A stretch of 64,000 bases of DNA from Phaeosaccion multiseriatum (GCA_965112735.1 OZ218952.1:3968001-4032000); one strand, 5' to 3'; shown: positions 45,801 to 61,072, counted from the stretch's first letter. The notes: generated by a model not told the origin, from the letters alone. Translations and numbers: made by a program.

Positions 45801-48800
45801 CCTTCCTGCCAGATCTTGTTCCCTACCGGAACAGGCACTGTCGCCCACTCTGCCACACAGCGCATCGTGGCGGCCATGAAGGTCTTGGAGGCCTTCTTAC
45901 GACACGCAAAGTCGCCCAAGGCCACCTGTCCCCGACGAGGAATGGGCCTCCACAGCGTGAAGCCTGCATAAAGAGGCATAAAGATGCATAAAGGCATACG
46001 TAAACGTATATACATACATATATACATACATATATACATACATACATACATACATACATACAACACCCATACATACATACATACATACATACATACATAC
46101 ATACAAGGGGGTGGGGGAAGGCAAGGGAAGCCAGACAAGGCCAAATGAGACTTTGCACGGAACATTTTGTTTGAATCTGTGGGCTGAAACGCCGAAGCTC
46201 AAACTAACATTACTCCTCCTCCTCCTCCTCCTCCTCGTCCATCACCACAACCACAACCACCTCTTCCTCCCCCCCCCCCCCCCCACATATTCCCCCTCCT
46301 CCTCTTCCTCCTCCTCCACCTCCTCGTCCTCCTCCACCTTCCCCCTCCTCCCTCGACATCCGTACCTGTGGCTTTGTCGTGATGAAGCACCCTAAACTTG
46401 GCCGGCTTGCTCACGCGGCATCCCGTGGGGTCTCCTCGAACCAAAATACCCCCCGGGGGAGGCTCGTCTCCGGTGGTGGCAATGTCTCCCACAGCAAACC
46501 ATCCCCCTCCGTCCGGTGCCCTCGGCCGCCAGATACACAGCGGAGGTCCAACCCCTCCAGCGCCGTCGCCAGTGCCCTTCCCTCCTCCTCCCCCTCCGCG
46601 GATTCGATCGCCCGTCGTGAACCTGCAAACAAGCTCCAAGTCTCGTTGAATGCGGTACTCGATCCCTCGCAACTGCTCAATCTTGAAGCGGAAACCCCAA
46701 TTGGTCTTGGTGTTACCTGGGGAGGAGAGGGTGAGGGCCATGTTATTGCTGTTGGGTCCTCTCCTGCTGCTGTTGGAGTGAGGGGCATGAGGGGCGCTGC
46801 TGCTGCTGCTGCTGCTACTGCTACTGCTTCCTCCTCGACAAGAAGAAGGAGGAGGAAGAGGAGGAAGGGGGGAAGGTTGCTCAGAGGAGGCACAAGAGGA
46901 AGAGGCGTGACCGCGGAGTGTCTCCTCGTTCTCCTCCTCCTCCGGGCCAGCCTTGGTGCCATCATGCGCGCCCCCGTTCCTCCCATTTCTCGGTGGAGAT
47001 GATGCCGATGGTGCACTGCCAGCTGCAGGAGGTGCAACAGGAGCAGCCGCATCCGCAGGACCTGGTGATACAGGCGCAGGAGGAGCAGCAGCAATACCCT
47101 CTCCCACCCGGCAAGGCCGCTCCACCACAGGCCGGTGACGACTCGGGGGTGGAAAGCTGAAGGGACGGCTCCCGAAGTTGACGGCCAACGCAGGCAGTGG
47201 CAGGGAAGCCGAGGGGGAAGTGGACGGCTGCTTGGTGGTGTTGACTGCCCCTTGTTGCTTCCCTCTTTCCCCTGCTCCTCGCTTCCCATCTCCTACATTG
47301 CACACTCGACTGCCGAGTACCCAAAGCAAGGGCTGAACCCCTCCCCCCAGTCTCACAGCTGCACCGCCGGCAATGTTGCCGACGAAGGCCGTGGCGCTCT
47401 TGCCAGGCACTCCCCATGCCCCGTTCCTGGCAAAGGTCACCTCCCTTCGCTCTGTGTCAATGCAGCACCCAACAATGTCCCCTCCTTGCAGAGAACCAAT
47501 GCTCGCCAGACGGCGACTGCTGTCCACATGACTAGTGCCCAGATGAGTGCGGTTGTCCATCTTTCCCTCCGCTGCTGCACCTTCACCTCCTTGGACTGCT
47601 GAGTCTCCTTCTGCAGCACTTGGTGATACCGGAGCCGCCGGGAGGACGACACGCTGACCTTGATACCACACATAACCATGTCGGTCGACGCCGCAAGCCA
47701 GGCCGAAAGGGTCCGAACCCAACGCCCCAGTGACGTCTGGTGGCGCCCCTGCTGCCGCTGGCGGACTCTTTCCGCCACTGCTGCTGCTGCCGCCATCGAG
47801 GAGGGACGAAGGAGGAGCCGGAGCCGGAGCAGGAGCAGACGCAGAAGCAGAAGCGATATCAGCATCTTCCTCATCAGCACCCTTGCTCCCTGGACCTCCT
47901 CCAATGCTGCTCTTCCGATCCTGCTCCTCTCCTGCCCTTCCTCTTCTCTGCACCCCGGGGGTGGACGGCTTGTATCGGATGGAGGCCCACCCCACGCGAA
48001 CGTCAGCGAGAGGTCGACAAACCTGTCCTCCTCCTCCTGTTGCTGCTGTTGCTGCAGCTGCTGCTCCCTTCGAATCGATTGCGGTCAGACTGTCCCTCCG
48101 AACATACACCTCGTAGAACCACTTGCCAGCCCCCAGCTGCACATTCCGAGGAGCCAGGACACAAGAAGCCAGCGCCGCCGGAGAAGGGGCGGGTGAAACA
48201 ACAGAGGCTACCGAGGCCACCCTCGTGGCATCATGCTCGCCCACAACACCTTGAGTCTCAGTAGCAGTCGAAATAGTCGCTTCATCACCCCCAGCAAGAG
48301 GAGGCACATCAACCGGTGGGTCTTTAAAGGGGGCGGCGGCCGGGACAGCTGACGGAAGGCCTTTCGCTGCACCTCCACTGCCATTCACACACTCGCTGCT
48401 CAACACCCCGCCGCTGCCGCTGCCCATACTGCTGCTGAGTGTTAGGCTTTCTGCAGCCAAGCTTTCCGCCGAGCTTTCTGTCCCGCTCGCATTCGTGGGT
48501 GTCTCTTTATCCGGCAAATGGGGACAAGTCCACAGGTCGTCCGTCATTTCGTTCGTGACTCCTCCTCCTCCTCCTCCTCCTCCTCCTCCTCCTCCTCCTC
48601 CTCCTCCTCCTCCTCCTCCTCCTCCTCCTCCTCCTTCTCCTCCTCCTGCCTGAATGGCAGCAGAAGACACATGCGACTCTGGCCCCAGTAGCTCCACTAG
48701 GCGCCCCTCCCCAGACAGATCGCCTACACCCCTCCCCACTCCCACAGCCCCGGCGACCACTTCCAAGCGCAGAGGGGGCTTATCGCCTCCCGGCACGGCA

Positions 48801-51800
48801 TCGAAGCGGAACCAGACCTTGTCCACCCCTAGAAGCACAAAGGACCGGAATGACGTGAAGGAGCACTCCCCTGCAGCGGCAGAGGCAGTGGCAGAGGCAG
48901 TGGCAGAGGCAGTGGCAGAGGCAGCAGCCACCACCTTCCCTCCTCCTCCTCCTCCTCCTCCTCCCCCTCCTCCATTGCGGCCGAGACACGTGTCAGTGTC
49001 CTCGAGTGCCTCTTCCTCGCCCTCCTCCCCCGCGTCATCATACGGATAGCCGCACTCCTCAACGCCCTCCAGGCCCTCCAAAGCACCACCCGAATGATGT
49101 GGCGAGGACGAATACTGACCCTCCAGCCCCTCCTCCACCCCGATGGTCCTCGCCCCAGCGATGGCCGCCGCCGCAGTCCCCACCCCCCCAGTGGCCTGTG
49201 CCTCCTCCACCTCCTCCACCTTGAAAAACTCAAAGCCTTTGGAGCGACACTTGCCCTGTACAAGCTCTCTGTCGTGTCCAAACATGACCCTCAGAGGGTT
49301 GATTCGGAGGTGCATGTCGGACTCCGAAGCGTAGAACGAAAGCGATGCACCTGTGCATTTGTAAAGAGGCGTGTAGGGTGTGTGTATGTCGGCGTGTGCA
49401 TTTACACATATACGTGTGTGAGTGAGTGCGCACGTGTGTGTGTGTGACAGGGGAGTTAAGCAGATTGTTTAGTGTTGCAGTCAAAAGCTTTCAATCGTGG
49501 ATGAGGGAAGGAATGGGCTCCCTTCCTTCCTCTCCCTCCCTCCCTCTCTCCCTCTCCCTCCCCCTCTACTCTCTCCCTCCCATCCTCACTCTCGCTCTCC
49601 CCCACACCCTTCCTCACCTTCGCCTGAGGTGCAGCTGCGCGCGTCCATCTTGACAACGACACCGTACCCTCCCCCTGTCATGTCCACACACCCGGCGTAG
49701 CACAGCGGCGTACACAGGGGGTGCAATGACTCGTGGATCACCGGGGTGGGCATCCCCAACTGCTCCGCTGTAACTGCCACTCCTCCTCCTCCTCCTCCCG
49801 ATGAGAAGGCCGGGGCAGGGGGCAAAGACCATCCAGGCAGGCCTGTATTGAGCACCGCGGAAGGCACGGAGAGCGCGTGGAGTGTAGAGAGTACCTCGGT
49901 AGCGAGCAGCTCCCCAACGTTCTCATCATCGCCCCCCCCTCTTCTACCATCCGCTCCCACTGCGCCTTCTCTCTGCGCAGCTGTAGCAGTAGTAACAACA
50001 ACACCATCCCGAGGCTGGCCGTCGTCACTGTGCTCCTCATCGCCGGGCCCCTTGTGACCCGCCTCGTCGTGGTGGTGAGTAGAGTCGTGAGTACAGCTGC
50101 TGCGCACTTGCTTTTCCATCACCTTCCACAGGGTGTGAAGCAGGGATGCGTTGGGGCTGTTGCCTCCACCTCCCCTGTCGCCTCCTCCGCTTACTTCGTC
50201 GCCTTCCTCTTCCTCTTCCTCTCCTCCTCCTCCTCCTCCTCCTCCTCCTCCCGGATAGCATGCACTGTCCTCCCCCTCTCCACCTCCTTCCCCTCCTCCA
50301 TCCCTAGAGGAGCACAGTACCCCCCCCGCCCTCCTCCTCCCCCCGACCACCTCAGGCAAGGGAGAGATACCACCGGCTGCCATCTCCTCTGCCGCGAGGA
50401 GCCTCAGCAGCCGCAGCACCTGACGAGGATCTTCACTCGCTGCCTGTAGAGGAGGCCCATCTTCCGCTGCCAAGAGCCGCACAAGCACACTCCGAGCCCG
50501 CATGATGGCGAGAGACTGCTCCGTCGCAAGCATCGCCACCTTCATCGCCATGGCCGCAGCCGACGCATCTTGCTGCAGAGTAGGGGCTGGAGGAGGGATA
50601 TTCCGACCCTGAGCTTGGTGGGCGCGACTCTTGAGCGAAAGACCGAACAGGGAGCGCGAATGGCGGAGCTCATTGACAGGCAGCTGCCGTACCAGCGAGA
50701 GGCCGGTTTCCGGATCGAGGAAGCTTACCAGCACGTTCATACTCTCTCTCGCCACAGTCTGTCTTCCTGTGCTGCTGCTACGGCTGCGGCCATCGCGCTG
50801 CTGCTGCTGCGTCACCATCAACTGATGTTGCTCCGTATACTGCTCCACCCCCCCCCAGCCCTCCTTCCCAGCACCACTGGTAGTAGTAGCGGGTGTCAGG
50901 ATGGCCTCCACGAGTCCGCCCTGCCCCACGAGTCGGTCGTCGGCGTATCCCTCGTGCCCGGACTCGAACACCAACGCGCCTGGGAACAACACGTCGGCCT
51001 CGCTGGACAGAGGCGCCGACAGAACAGTTACACCACCTGCCCGTCTTGCTGCTTTTTCTCCTCCATCTTCTCCTTCTCGTGTTGGTGCTGTTGTTGCTGC
51101 TGCTGTTGTCGCGGTCGTTGGTGCTACCAGACGGGAAGAAGAAGTCGGAGCAACCACCGCACCATGATCATCTGCGTCTGGCGTTGACATGGATGTGGAA
51201 GTTGACGTTGTCCTTGATCTCGACGTGGAAGCCACAAAGCCTGAAGCTGCCAAGGCGTGCCTCAGTGCGGAACGGTATTCGACTCCGGAAACAGGGTAGA
51301 GCCCTCCATCCCTCTCCCCTCGCTCGCGCTGTCCCTGCCGATGCCGACCCTCCTCTTCCTGCTGCTGCCGCTGCTCAGAGTCTCGTTGCGGCTGTATCAC
51401 CAACTGCTGCGGCTCCCCCTCTGGGAAGGCGGCCGCAGTAGGGATGGTGAGGACAGGCTCCAAATCAAGCTCCCACATCGCGCGGGTCCCGCTCTGCAAG
51501 AAGGAGGAGGAAGACGATCGCAAGCTTCCTGACCCTCTCCCTATCCCGAAGGCTCCTCCCCCCCCTCCTCCACCACCACCACCACCACCGCCGCTATCAT
51601 CTTGTCCTCCCCTACCAGTCGATGGACTTCCGTTCCCATTCCCTGTGTCCCCCGTGAGCAGCCCAAACGACGTGAGGTAATCCGCTATATCATCCCGGTT
51701 GGACCCTCCACCTCCGTCTCCTCGTCCTCCCGCTCGTCCTCCTGCTCCTCCTCCTCCTCCTCCTCCTCCTCCCTCTCCTCGTCCTCCTCGTCCCCCCTCT

Positions 51801-54800
51801 CCTCCCACATCTGCCCCATCGCTACCTCCTGCCCCAGCCAAGAGCTCCTCCCAGGCAGAGTTGGTGGTCCTCCATGAGTGTCGTTCAAACTCCCTCTCAA
51901 TCTCCCTCTCCCCCACGTTGAGAAGGGCCCTGATCCGGCTGCTTCCGGGGCCCTCGTCTCTTTCCTCTGAATTCGGAAACCACCCCCCTCCTCTTCCTCC
52001 TCCTCCTCCTCCTCCTCCTACCGTCCCCGTCTCAGACCGACCAGAAGGGCTCACAATCACCCTCACTCCTCTGCTGGAAAAATCAAGACTCACGTCTCTT
52101 GGAGACCCCACGGCATCTTCCCTGCCCTCTCGGCCACCACCGCTACCTCCCCTCCCTCCCCTCCCTCCCCTCCCTCCTTGCCCTCCACCTCCTCCTAGCC
52201 CCAAGTCTCCAAGAGGGCGTAGGAACTGATCGTAGGACGTAGAAAGTGGGAACATTGGGGTGGTGACAGCCCTGCTCTCGGTGCGGCGGTTATCAGCATT
52301 GAGGAACCCAATGTCGACGTCAAAAGCCCCCCTGATTGGTGGGGTTTCGCCACTGGCACTACTCATGCTGCGGTTGACACTGCTGCTGCTGCTGCTGCTT
52401 CCACTTCCTCCCCTTGTTGGGGGTCGCATGTTGACTCGGCTGCTCCCGTCCCGCCCTACTACTGGCGGAAGGATGTCAATCCGGCGCGACGAGGATGAGG
52501 ACAAGGACAATGAGGAAGCGGAGGCCAGGGGTGGGGGGGGGGAAGGAGGAAGAGCTGACGGAGCAAGCGCAGCAGCAGCGGCGACATGGGCGGCCACAGC
52601 AGCAGCAGCAGCGGCGGCTGCAGCTGAGGCAGCGGCAGCAGCAGAAGAATCAGGAGGGGGGGGGGGCAAGGCAGGAAGGGCCTCTGAGGGGGGAACAGCT
52701 TCACCGCCGCCATCTCCTCCACCCCCCTCTTGTGCCGCCCCTGCTCCTGCCCCCGCTGCATCTGAGTCCATCGCTGGAGCAGCCTGCTGCTGCTCGCCAT
52801 CAGCAGCAGAAGCAGCTTCGGATGGCTCCAGCGCTCTTGCTCTGGTGCTCACTCGGTCACCCCCCCCAGAGATTGTGCTCAGACCTATCGCCGCCTCCGC
52901 TGCCACTGTTGACGTTGTTGTGTCTCCAGTTGCTGTGTCCCCAGCTGCTGCTGGGGTTGTATCACCAACTGCTGCTGCTAGTCCACGATGAGGAGATGCC
53001 GCCCTGGCAGGAGATAGAGAGCGGAAGGGCGGGATGGCCGCGATACTCCTCCCTGCACGCCGCATCGTCGCAGACAAAGGCTCCTCCTCCTCCTCCTCAT
53101 CATCATCATCATCATCCTCCCCCTCCTTCTCCTCCTCCGCCTCCTCCTCTTCCTCCGGAACGGGTAAGTGAGAGAGCCCACCTGTTCCATCTGCTCCTCC
53201 TCCTCCTCCTACTGCTCCTCCTGTTGCTGCTGCAGGACCATGACTCGCTTGGCTGCCTCGACTCTCGCTTTGGCGCTGGGGGGGTTCTGTGGGCTGGATG
53301 TTGAGATGGTCCGTAGTCGCGGAGGGCAGTATCTCGAGCAATCTGCTCTGTGCCCTCCCTTGTCTGCCCTGCTGTCGCCCCCTCACTGAGTCTCCCTCTC
53401 CACCCTCTCCTCCTCCTCCTGCTTGTTGTTGTCCTCCGGGTGGTGGGAAAGCAGCTGCTATTCGCGCCAGTGCTGCTTCCCCCTCGGCCCGCCCGATCCT
53501 CCTCGCCGCGGAGGAAGGAGACTCTCCTCCCGCCAGTGCAGCAGCCATGTGGGCAGTCACTCGAGCGGCAGCGTCCCTCCCTATGGTCGTTCCAACGGCC
53601 AATTCTCCTTCACCTTCACCTGCTGCTCTCCTATCAGCATAAGCGGTAGCCAGCATGGCTGCGGGCGAGGCAGCAGCTGTCCGTCCACTGCGACCACTTC
53701 CACTGCCCCTGCCACTGGCACTACCAGCACCAGCACCAGCACCAGCACCAGCACCATCACTACCACCATCAGCAGCGCCAGCGCCAGCGCCCGACCTCAC
53801 GACTGCTGTGCTGCTGCTGCTGCTGCCACCGCTCCTACTTCCACTTCCACCTCCGCCACCGCCGCCGCCGCCGCTGGTGTTGCTGCTCGTGTTGGTGCTA
53901 CTTCTCCTCGGGGTATAGCCCGGGTCGCCGGCCCTGCCGTAGATGAGGAAGGCCACAGCATCTCGCGGGTGCATGGCCCTTCGGCGGTGCGCGTGGTTAC
54001 CACTTCGGTCGCTCTTGAACGGATCTTTTCTTGGCTTGGAGAGGCTCTCCCCGCCGTAGGGGACCGTCCCTTTTGCGGACGATGAAGCCGCAGCGGCTGC
54101 TGCTGCTCTATCACCAACTGCAGCGGTTGCTGACACGGAGGAAGAAGAGCCAGCTGCCGGAGCAGCACCAACACCGGCCGTAGTTGCAGAAACAGCGGCA
54201 GCGGTGCTATCGACTCCCTCAATGGCAACAGCAGTGGTAATGGCAGCAGTAGTCGCAACAGCAACGGCTGAGTCAGCGCCTGGGGAGGGGACGCACCACA
54301 TCCCTCGTTGCCGGCACTGACGCAACCACTCCCTCGCAGCCCAGTCATCTCCATCTCCACCTCCACCTCCGCCCCCCTCCCCCAACCCCTCCTCCTCCCC
54401 CTCCTCCTCTCCACATCCTCCTTCCCCACCAAAGGCCTCTACAGCGGCCCTGGCAGCCTCCAGCATGACCCCCAACTCCGCCGACAGCCGTTGAGCGGCC
54501 CTCTCTCGCGCCGCCACAGATGCCCCATCGTAGCGTAAGATGTGTGTAACAGCGGCGGCAGCGCCCGCCCCCGCTCGGCAGGCAGCAGACACGGGAGACA
54601 GCTCGCGTTGCCGTGCGGCCGCCTGCGCAGGACTGAGGCTCCGTCGGCCTTGCCCACGTGTAGTACGAGAACGATCTCGAGCCATCCTGCCGCCTTGACT
54701 GTCTTCTTCCTCGTGTCTTCTTGTCATAGCATCCTTCTGCATGGGACTACATACGGAGTCTTTGGCCTCCGCTCCCTCGACCAAGCCCATGTGTGACTGA

Positions 54801-57732
54801 GGGGGTGGCAGAGTAGTAGAGGGCAGAGGCATGGGGCTCAAAGCCGGCACGTCTTCAGTCTGTTGCAATATCCCCGCGTGGAGTCCTTTTACCCCGCCCA
54901 GTCCGACCTTATCTTCTCTCTGCTCCGTCTCCTCCTTCTGTTCGTCTTCCTCGTCTTCCTCCTCTTTCTCTTGTACCACCTTTTCAATCCGAGTCTTCTT
55001 CTCTCCCGCTGCTTCGACCGCTACATTGACACCTGAATCGATGTCTATATCGATGTCGCCGATTTCCGCTATTTGGGGAGGGGCATGCCCAAGTCCCTTA
55101 GCCTCTGCCACCTCAGGCCGACTTGGAGAGGTGGTGACAGCCATGGCACTTGAAACGGTCCGCCCCTCCTCCCTCTCATCCTTGTCATCATCTGATCTCC
55201 TTCGTTCCCTGACTTGCTCGGCCATACCGTTCTGGTTGAAACGACCGTCTACGGCCCCTCCCCATTCTCCTCCCTCCTCCTGCTCGACCTCACTTGCAGC
55301 ATCGCCTTCTTCGTCACCATTGTCGAACCTGATCACCTCATCGGAGAGAGAAAAGGTTGATGCCCCCCCACCCCCTTCCTCTCCGCCATCCACTGCCATC
55401 CCTCCTGCACGGGCCATCGCTGCTGCTGCTTCCCGCAGTTCCTCTCCTTCGCCCCCAAAGTCCTCTTCCTCTCCTGCTGTAACTGCTGTAACTGCTGTAA
55501 CTACTGTACTTGCTATAGCTGCTGTAAGGTACAGAGTACAGGGTACAGAGAGGGAGGGACGGCAGTTGAAGGTGGGTGGGGAAGATGAGAACGGACATCC
55601 ATACAAAGACAGAAAAGGCCAAGCCCCCCCTCCGCTTACGTCTGGGCAGGCAGGCAGACAGGCAGGCAGACTGGAAGAGTATGCAGTAAAAGCCAAACAA
55701 CTTCATTCCGCCTTCCCTCACTCATTGTCCATCCCGTGCAGCCAGGGAAAATATGCCTTCCTTCCGTGGTCGCGGTGTGGTACGTACCATTCGCTCGACC
55801 ATTCAGGTCCGATGAAGTCGAAGAGGAGGAACGCAAGGAGGCGGAACTCGACGACGACGGGGAGGAGGAGGAGGAAGAGGAAGACTCATAGGAGGAGGAC
55901 GAGGAGGAGGAGGACGAGGACGAGGAGGAGGAGGAGGAGGACGAGGACGAGGAGGAGGACGAGGAGGAGGAGGAGGAGGAGGAGGAGGAGGAGGAGGAGG
56001 AAGAGGAGGACGAGGAGGAGGAGGCGCTGGAAAGGAGCTCAGGAGGGCCGTCGGTGCTACTCGCTGCGTCTTGTTCGTCCATCTCCGCCTCTCCTTCGGG
56101 AAGCACTAGCATCTCACTGCTGCTGCTGCTGCGACCAGGCTCTCGGATTGTCCAAGCGTGCCGTACCACCGGCGGCCTCGCACTCTGAGTGCCCGTGCTG
56201 CTGGTACTGACGCTGGTGGTGGCAGTGGAGGTGGCGGTGGTAGTAGTAGTGGCGCCGCTGCTCGTGGGCCTGTCTCGACTACCCTCTGCCGTTCGTGCTA
56301 CCGCTGCTACTGCAGCTATGCCTACCGCTGCTGCGTTGTGCACAGCCTGGCCACCTCTCACACGCCCCGCCTCCCTGTGTGATGTACCAGTAGCAGCACC
56401 AGTACCAGTAGCACCAGTACCAGTAGCAGCACCGGCAGAATCTCCATCCATCTCTGCCGCCGTCTCTGCAGTACTACTCGCACCATCGCCGCTCATCCCT
56501 GGTGCCCTCTCTCTCTCTGCAGCACCCACACGCTGAACATCTGCAACACATACACGGCGTGGAGGCAAGCTACTACTGGTAGTAGCAGTAGCGGTAGCAC
56601 CACCCTCCTCGTCCTCTGGCCTCCTCGCCGAAACCGCAACACTCCTTCTAGGGAACACACGTCTGCCACTGCGGTGCGCCCGCCTCAAAACCCGCCCTTC
56701 CACCTCTTCCCCACGCAGCCGCTCCTGCTCCTGCTCCTGCTGCGGCTGATGCTGCTGCCTCGGCGACGGTAGCTCCATCTCCTGCGCCCCCTGCCACCCC
56801 TGCTGCTGCAAGCTGTTGAAGTACGAGCGAAGTGTGCTCGTCGACAATCGCTCGGTGCCGTTCGCGTTTCCATTGCCTCCACCCTCCCCCCTACCTCGCC
56901 GACCCCCTCTCTCGGTGAGAGCGAGGAAAGAGCGAACTAGGTGCTCGGCTGCTTCAACCAGGTTCAAAGACCGGAGTTGTGTGAGTGCCCATCATTTCCC
57001 AACCACACAGAGTCAAGTCGAAGGTAGGTAAGAGAAGCGGAAACGAAAGAAAGGTGAGTGTTTAGATCAGATGGCCAGATTTCGCTGCATCGTGCTAGGT
57101 AGAGGTGACAGAGACGGAGGGGAGAAGGGTATGTCAGTGGGGATGAGGAGACTCAGGGGAGGAGGGTAAGCCGTGTGAGCTGGGGACAGGCGGGAGAAAC
57201 AGTACAGTGGAGGCCTATGGGAAGGGAGGGACCTACCTCTGGAGCTGTTTCGGGGTGAGGGAACTGCAGGGCTTGCCGCGACGGTCACTCCCCCTCCTTC
57301 TTCTCCTCCTCCTCCTCCTGATGCGGATGCTGCTGCTGCTGCTCCCCCGCCTTCCACGCTGCCAGCAATATTGGACGACAATCCGCCTCGCCCTGCCGTT
57401 GCCCCTACTGTCCACGCCTCCTCGAGACTGGGAACATGCTGCCGTCCCAGGGCGGAGAGGGCAGCTCTGCCTACAAGAGGTTGCACGGCTCTTGTGGAGA
57501 GGATGCGGTTGTGAAGGGCCTGCCAGCGAGACTGGACTTCCCGCATCGTCGCCAGCACTGAGTGAAGGGAGGAGGGAAGAGAGAGGATGGAGAAGCGGGA
57601 TGGGAGGGAAGTAGGGAAGGAGGTTAAGGCGCGGAGCATGATACATCCTGTCTCAACGCCACAGAACTTGGCACCTCAAACTCACTCTCACATATACAAG
57701 GCACGCACTCATATCACGTATACCGACAGATG

Positions 57733-57784
<52 letters not shown>

Positions 57785-60700
57785 CACACACGCACAAACA
57801 CACATCCATATTACCTGGTAGAGGAGCTGGAGTGGAGGCGAGGCCGAGGAGCATGGGCAGCAGATCCAGCCCCTCGCTGTGCCCCTCGCGACACGCCGTC
57901 ATGACGGAGGCAGGGTCGGTCGTGGTCAGCTGGAGGAGGGCAGACATCGCCTGAGAGAGCAGCCGGGCCTTCAGCAAGTCAGTGGGACCACCTGCAGACA
58001 AGTTTAAGCCCTGCTTCGCTGAACCTGACCCTGCCCCTGACCCTGCCCCTGCCCGTACTGGTGGCCCAATTGCTCGACGGCTTCCTATCCCAGGCGTCAC
58101 CCCTGTGTCTATGGCGGCCGCCCCCCTCGCGATTTGAGTGTGAGTGTGAGGTGCTAGCGCTGGCTCTTTGTGCAGCAGCGTGCGAAGCAAGCCGAGAAGC
58201 TGCTCGGTGATGGGCTGGGCAGAGGTGTCTGGAGAGGAGCGCATGCCTTGGTCGATTGTGCAGAGCCGCGACACCGGCACAGCCTCGCCTGCTGCCCCAC
58301 CACTTTCTGCTCCTCCCGCTGCTGTATCACCAACTGCTGCTGCCGCTCCTGGCTCGGTACCGACATTGCCGCTGCCCATAGGACTGGCGCTACCTCCCGA
58401 GTGGATGGTGTCAAAGACCACTCGCACCACGCTCCTGTCTGCGAGCGAGGTATGCACCACCGTACCCACCGACCCGGAGTCCGTACAACGCACGCGCCCC
58501 CCTGGGTAGAAGCAGCTCCCCGATCCTCCGGCAATGACCGCCAGACTCGCGCATGCCCTCGCCATGCTCAGCACATCATTGGACGACAATACAGCCCTCC
58601 CTACCTTCGTCAGACGAGGCCCCGCTCCCCCGGGGGAGGCATCGTGCGTCCTGACACCTGTCTCCCCTCCCAGTCGCTGATGCTGATGACTGTGGCGCTG
58701 CAGGTGCTTGACAGCTACGGCGGCTCCTAGAACGCTCGTCAGCATCAGTCGTGCAATGGGCTCCCTCCAAGAACTGTTTGGGTGCTCACAAAGAGCTCGC
58801 AGCAGAGTCGCGCTTTGCTCTGCGAGGACGAGGTCTAAATGGCCCCTCCCCACGCCAGCAGGGCGGGCGGCGGGGTGGCAACTGCTACTGCCACTACCAC
58901 TACCGGCGCTCCATAGCAGCGGGTCGCCGGCGTATGCGTACTGGATCATTCGCAGGAGGACGCCGATGAAGCCCCCTGCCATGCCACCAGAGGAGGGGGC
59001 ACTGCTGCTGCCGTTACTGGTGGTGGTGGTGTCGCAGCTTTTCCTACCGAGGCGTTCCGCTCCAGCTCCAGTCCCTCCCCTTTCTCCTATTGCTCTGATT
59101 ACCTCCTCGTCCTCCTCTCCCTGGCGCCACGCGGGTGGCATGGCAGCATCCGCGTCAGACGGCTCCACAAGGGGCAACACATGGGCCAGCAGCAGCAACA
59201 CGCAGCGCTGCAGTCGAGGGCTACCGCAGCGCAGGAGCAGCAGCAGCGTCTGTAGTGCCCCCGGTGTGGCGAGCTCTGTCTGAACCAACGCCAGTCTCCT
59301 TAGTGAGCACAGCAGCGTGAGGTGCGAGTAAGTCAGGGGCTCCACCTCTCCCCGCTCAAAGTACCGCAGCTCTGACAAAACGGAGGCGACTCGCTGCTGC
59401 TGCTGCTGCTGCATCTCGGACGATGACGGCGATGCTCCTCCTCCTCCTCCTCCTCCTCCTCCTCCTCCTCCCGTACTGCTGCTGAGGCTTGTGGGGCTCT
59501 CGCCACCGTTGGCGCTCAGAGACAAGCTCCACGCGCACAGTCTCAACTCACTCAGCAAGGCAGCGAAGAGGCGGTGGTGCATGCCCTTGGCGTGCAGGCG
59601 TGTGACCTTCATTGGTGTACCGTACATCGATCGCTCCCTCTGGGCCCTCTGCGGCACCTGCTGCTGTTGATCTGCCGCACCCTCCTTCGCCCTCCCTCCC
59701 GCTCCTCCTCCTCCGCCGCCGCCGCCTCCTCCTCCCTCTCCTCCTCCCCCCCCTCCGCCTTTGTCTCCTCCTCCTCCTCCTCCTCCACCACCACCACCAC
59801 CACCACCACCCCCACTAGCACCCCCCGCAGCAGGCATATCCATCGCCCCCCTCCCTTGCCCTCTCTCTCCCATCCCAGAGCACTGGAGCGGGGAAGAGTG
59901 GAGGTGGCGAACAGAAACGGACATGAGGTGCCGGAAGAGCGACAAGCCTGCGCGCTGCATGAGCTTTACCGTTGGCTCCAGCAAATCAAGCGGGACCTGC
60001 TGAGTCACAAACTGCTGCCGTTGCTGCTGCTGCCTCTTCACGCTATCCACAGACGGACGCGCGGCCTCTCCACGACTTGGAAACCCTCCGTCCGCCCTTT
60101 GGTGAGATGGTGCTACTCTCTCTCTTCTACCACCCCCCGAGTGTCTGCGTGTGCGTATGCCACCACCAGTGCCACGGAAGGGTAAGTCTTCCTTTGTCTC
60201 CGCCTCTTCTCCGCCCTTCTCCTCGTCCTCATCCTCATCCTCCTCTTCCTCTTCCCACTCGTTCTCCTCCTCCTCGTCACCATCCCCACCCCCCTCCTCC
60301 TCGTGCACGAAGAGCAGCGACGACGAAGATCGAACCGAGCGCAACGGACACGCTTCACCCCACGCCCCACCCAACCCACCCATGCTCTCCTCACCGTCCT
60401 CCGCCTGCTCGTCTTCCTCGTCCGACAGCGTCGCCAAAGAGTGACCGATACGGACATGCCTCGCACTGTACGCACCAGCAGCAGTAGCAGCACAAGAAGA
60501 CGTAGAAGTAGAGGTAGCCGTAGCAGCAGCTCGTGACTGAGACGACGGAGACTGCCGCCGCTGCTGCTGCTGCTGCTGCTGCTGATGCTGCTGTTGCTGC
60601 TGCTTCGCTCTTCGAAAGCACACCAGCTCTTTCCTCAGCCTCTTTCTCTCCTGCAACACCTTGGGCGCCACAACCACTTCACTCCCGGTGTACAAAAAAG

Positions 60701-61072
60701 GAGCGAGCCCGAAATTTACCTTGACGCTCTCGCCATTGCTGTGGAACCCCACCACCGGCACCAGCGAGGCCTCGGACACGTCTGTGAAACCCTCCCCGAG
60801 CAGGCGACCGTTACGCGTGTACCACACTGCCCTTGTCTTCATGTCCATCCCGCACCCAATGACGTCCCCTTCTACCCAGGTGGCCCAGCTTCCCGACGTG
60901 CGGCCGCGGCCGAACTTGCGTCCATCGTCTCCGTGATAGCCTGATTATTTTGATTCGATGTTAGATATAGAGGAAGGGAGGAAGGGTGGTGAGCTTTCAG
61001 GATACACGCACGCACGCACCGACATACACACGCACATACGCAGATACGTAGACACGCACAATTGCACTCTCC

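Noticed and set aside
39789-55000. Long plus-strand ORFs antisense to the HECT exons
   Set aside because: Shadow ORFs of GC-rich low-complexity coding sequence, with no independent motifs.
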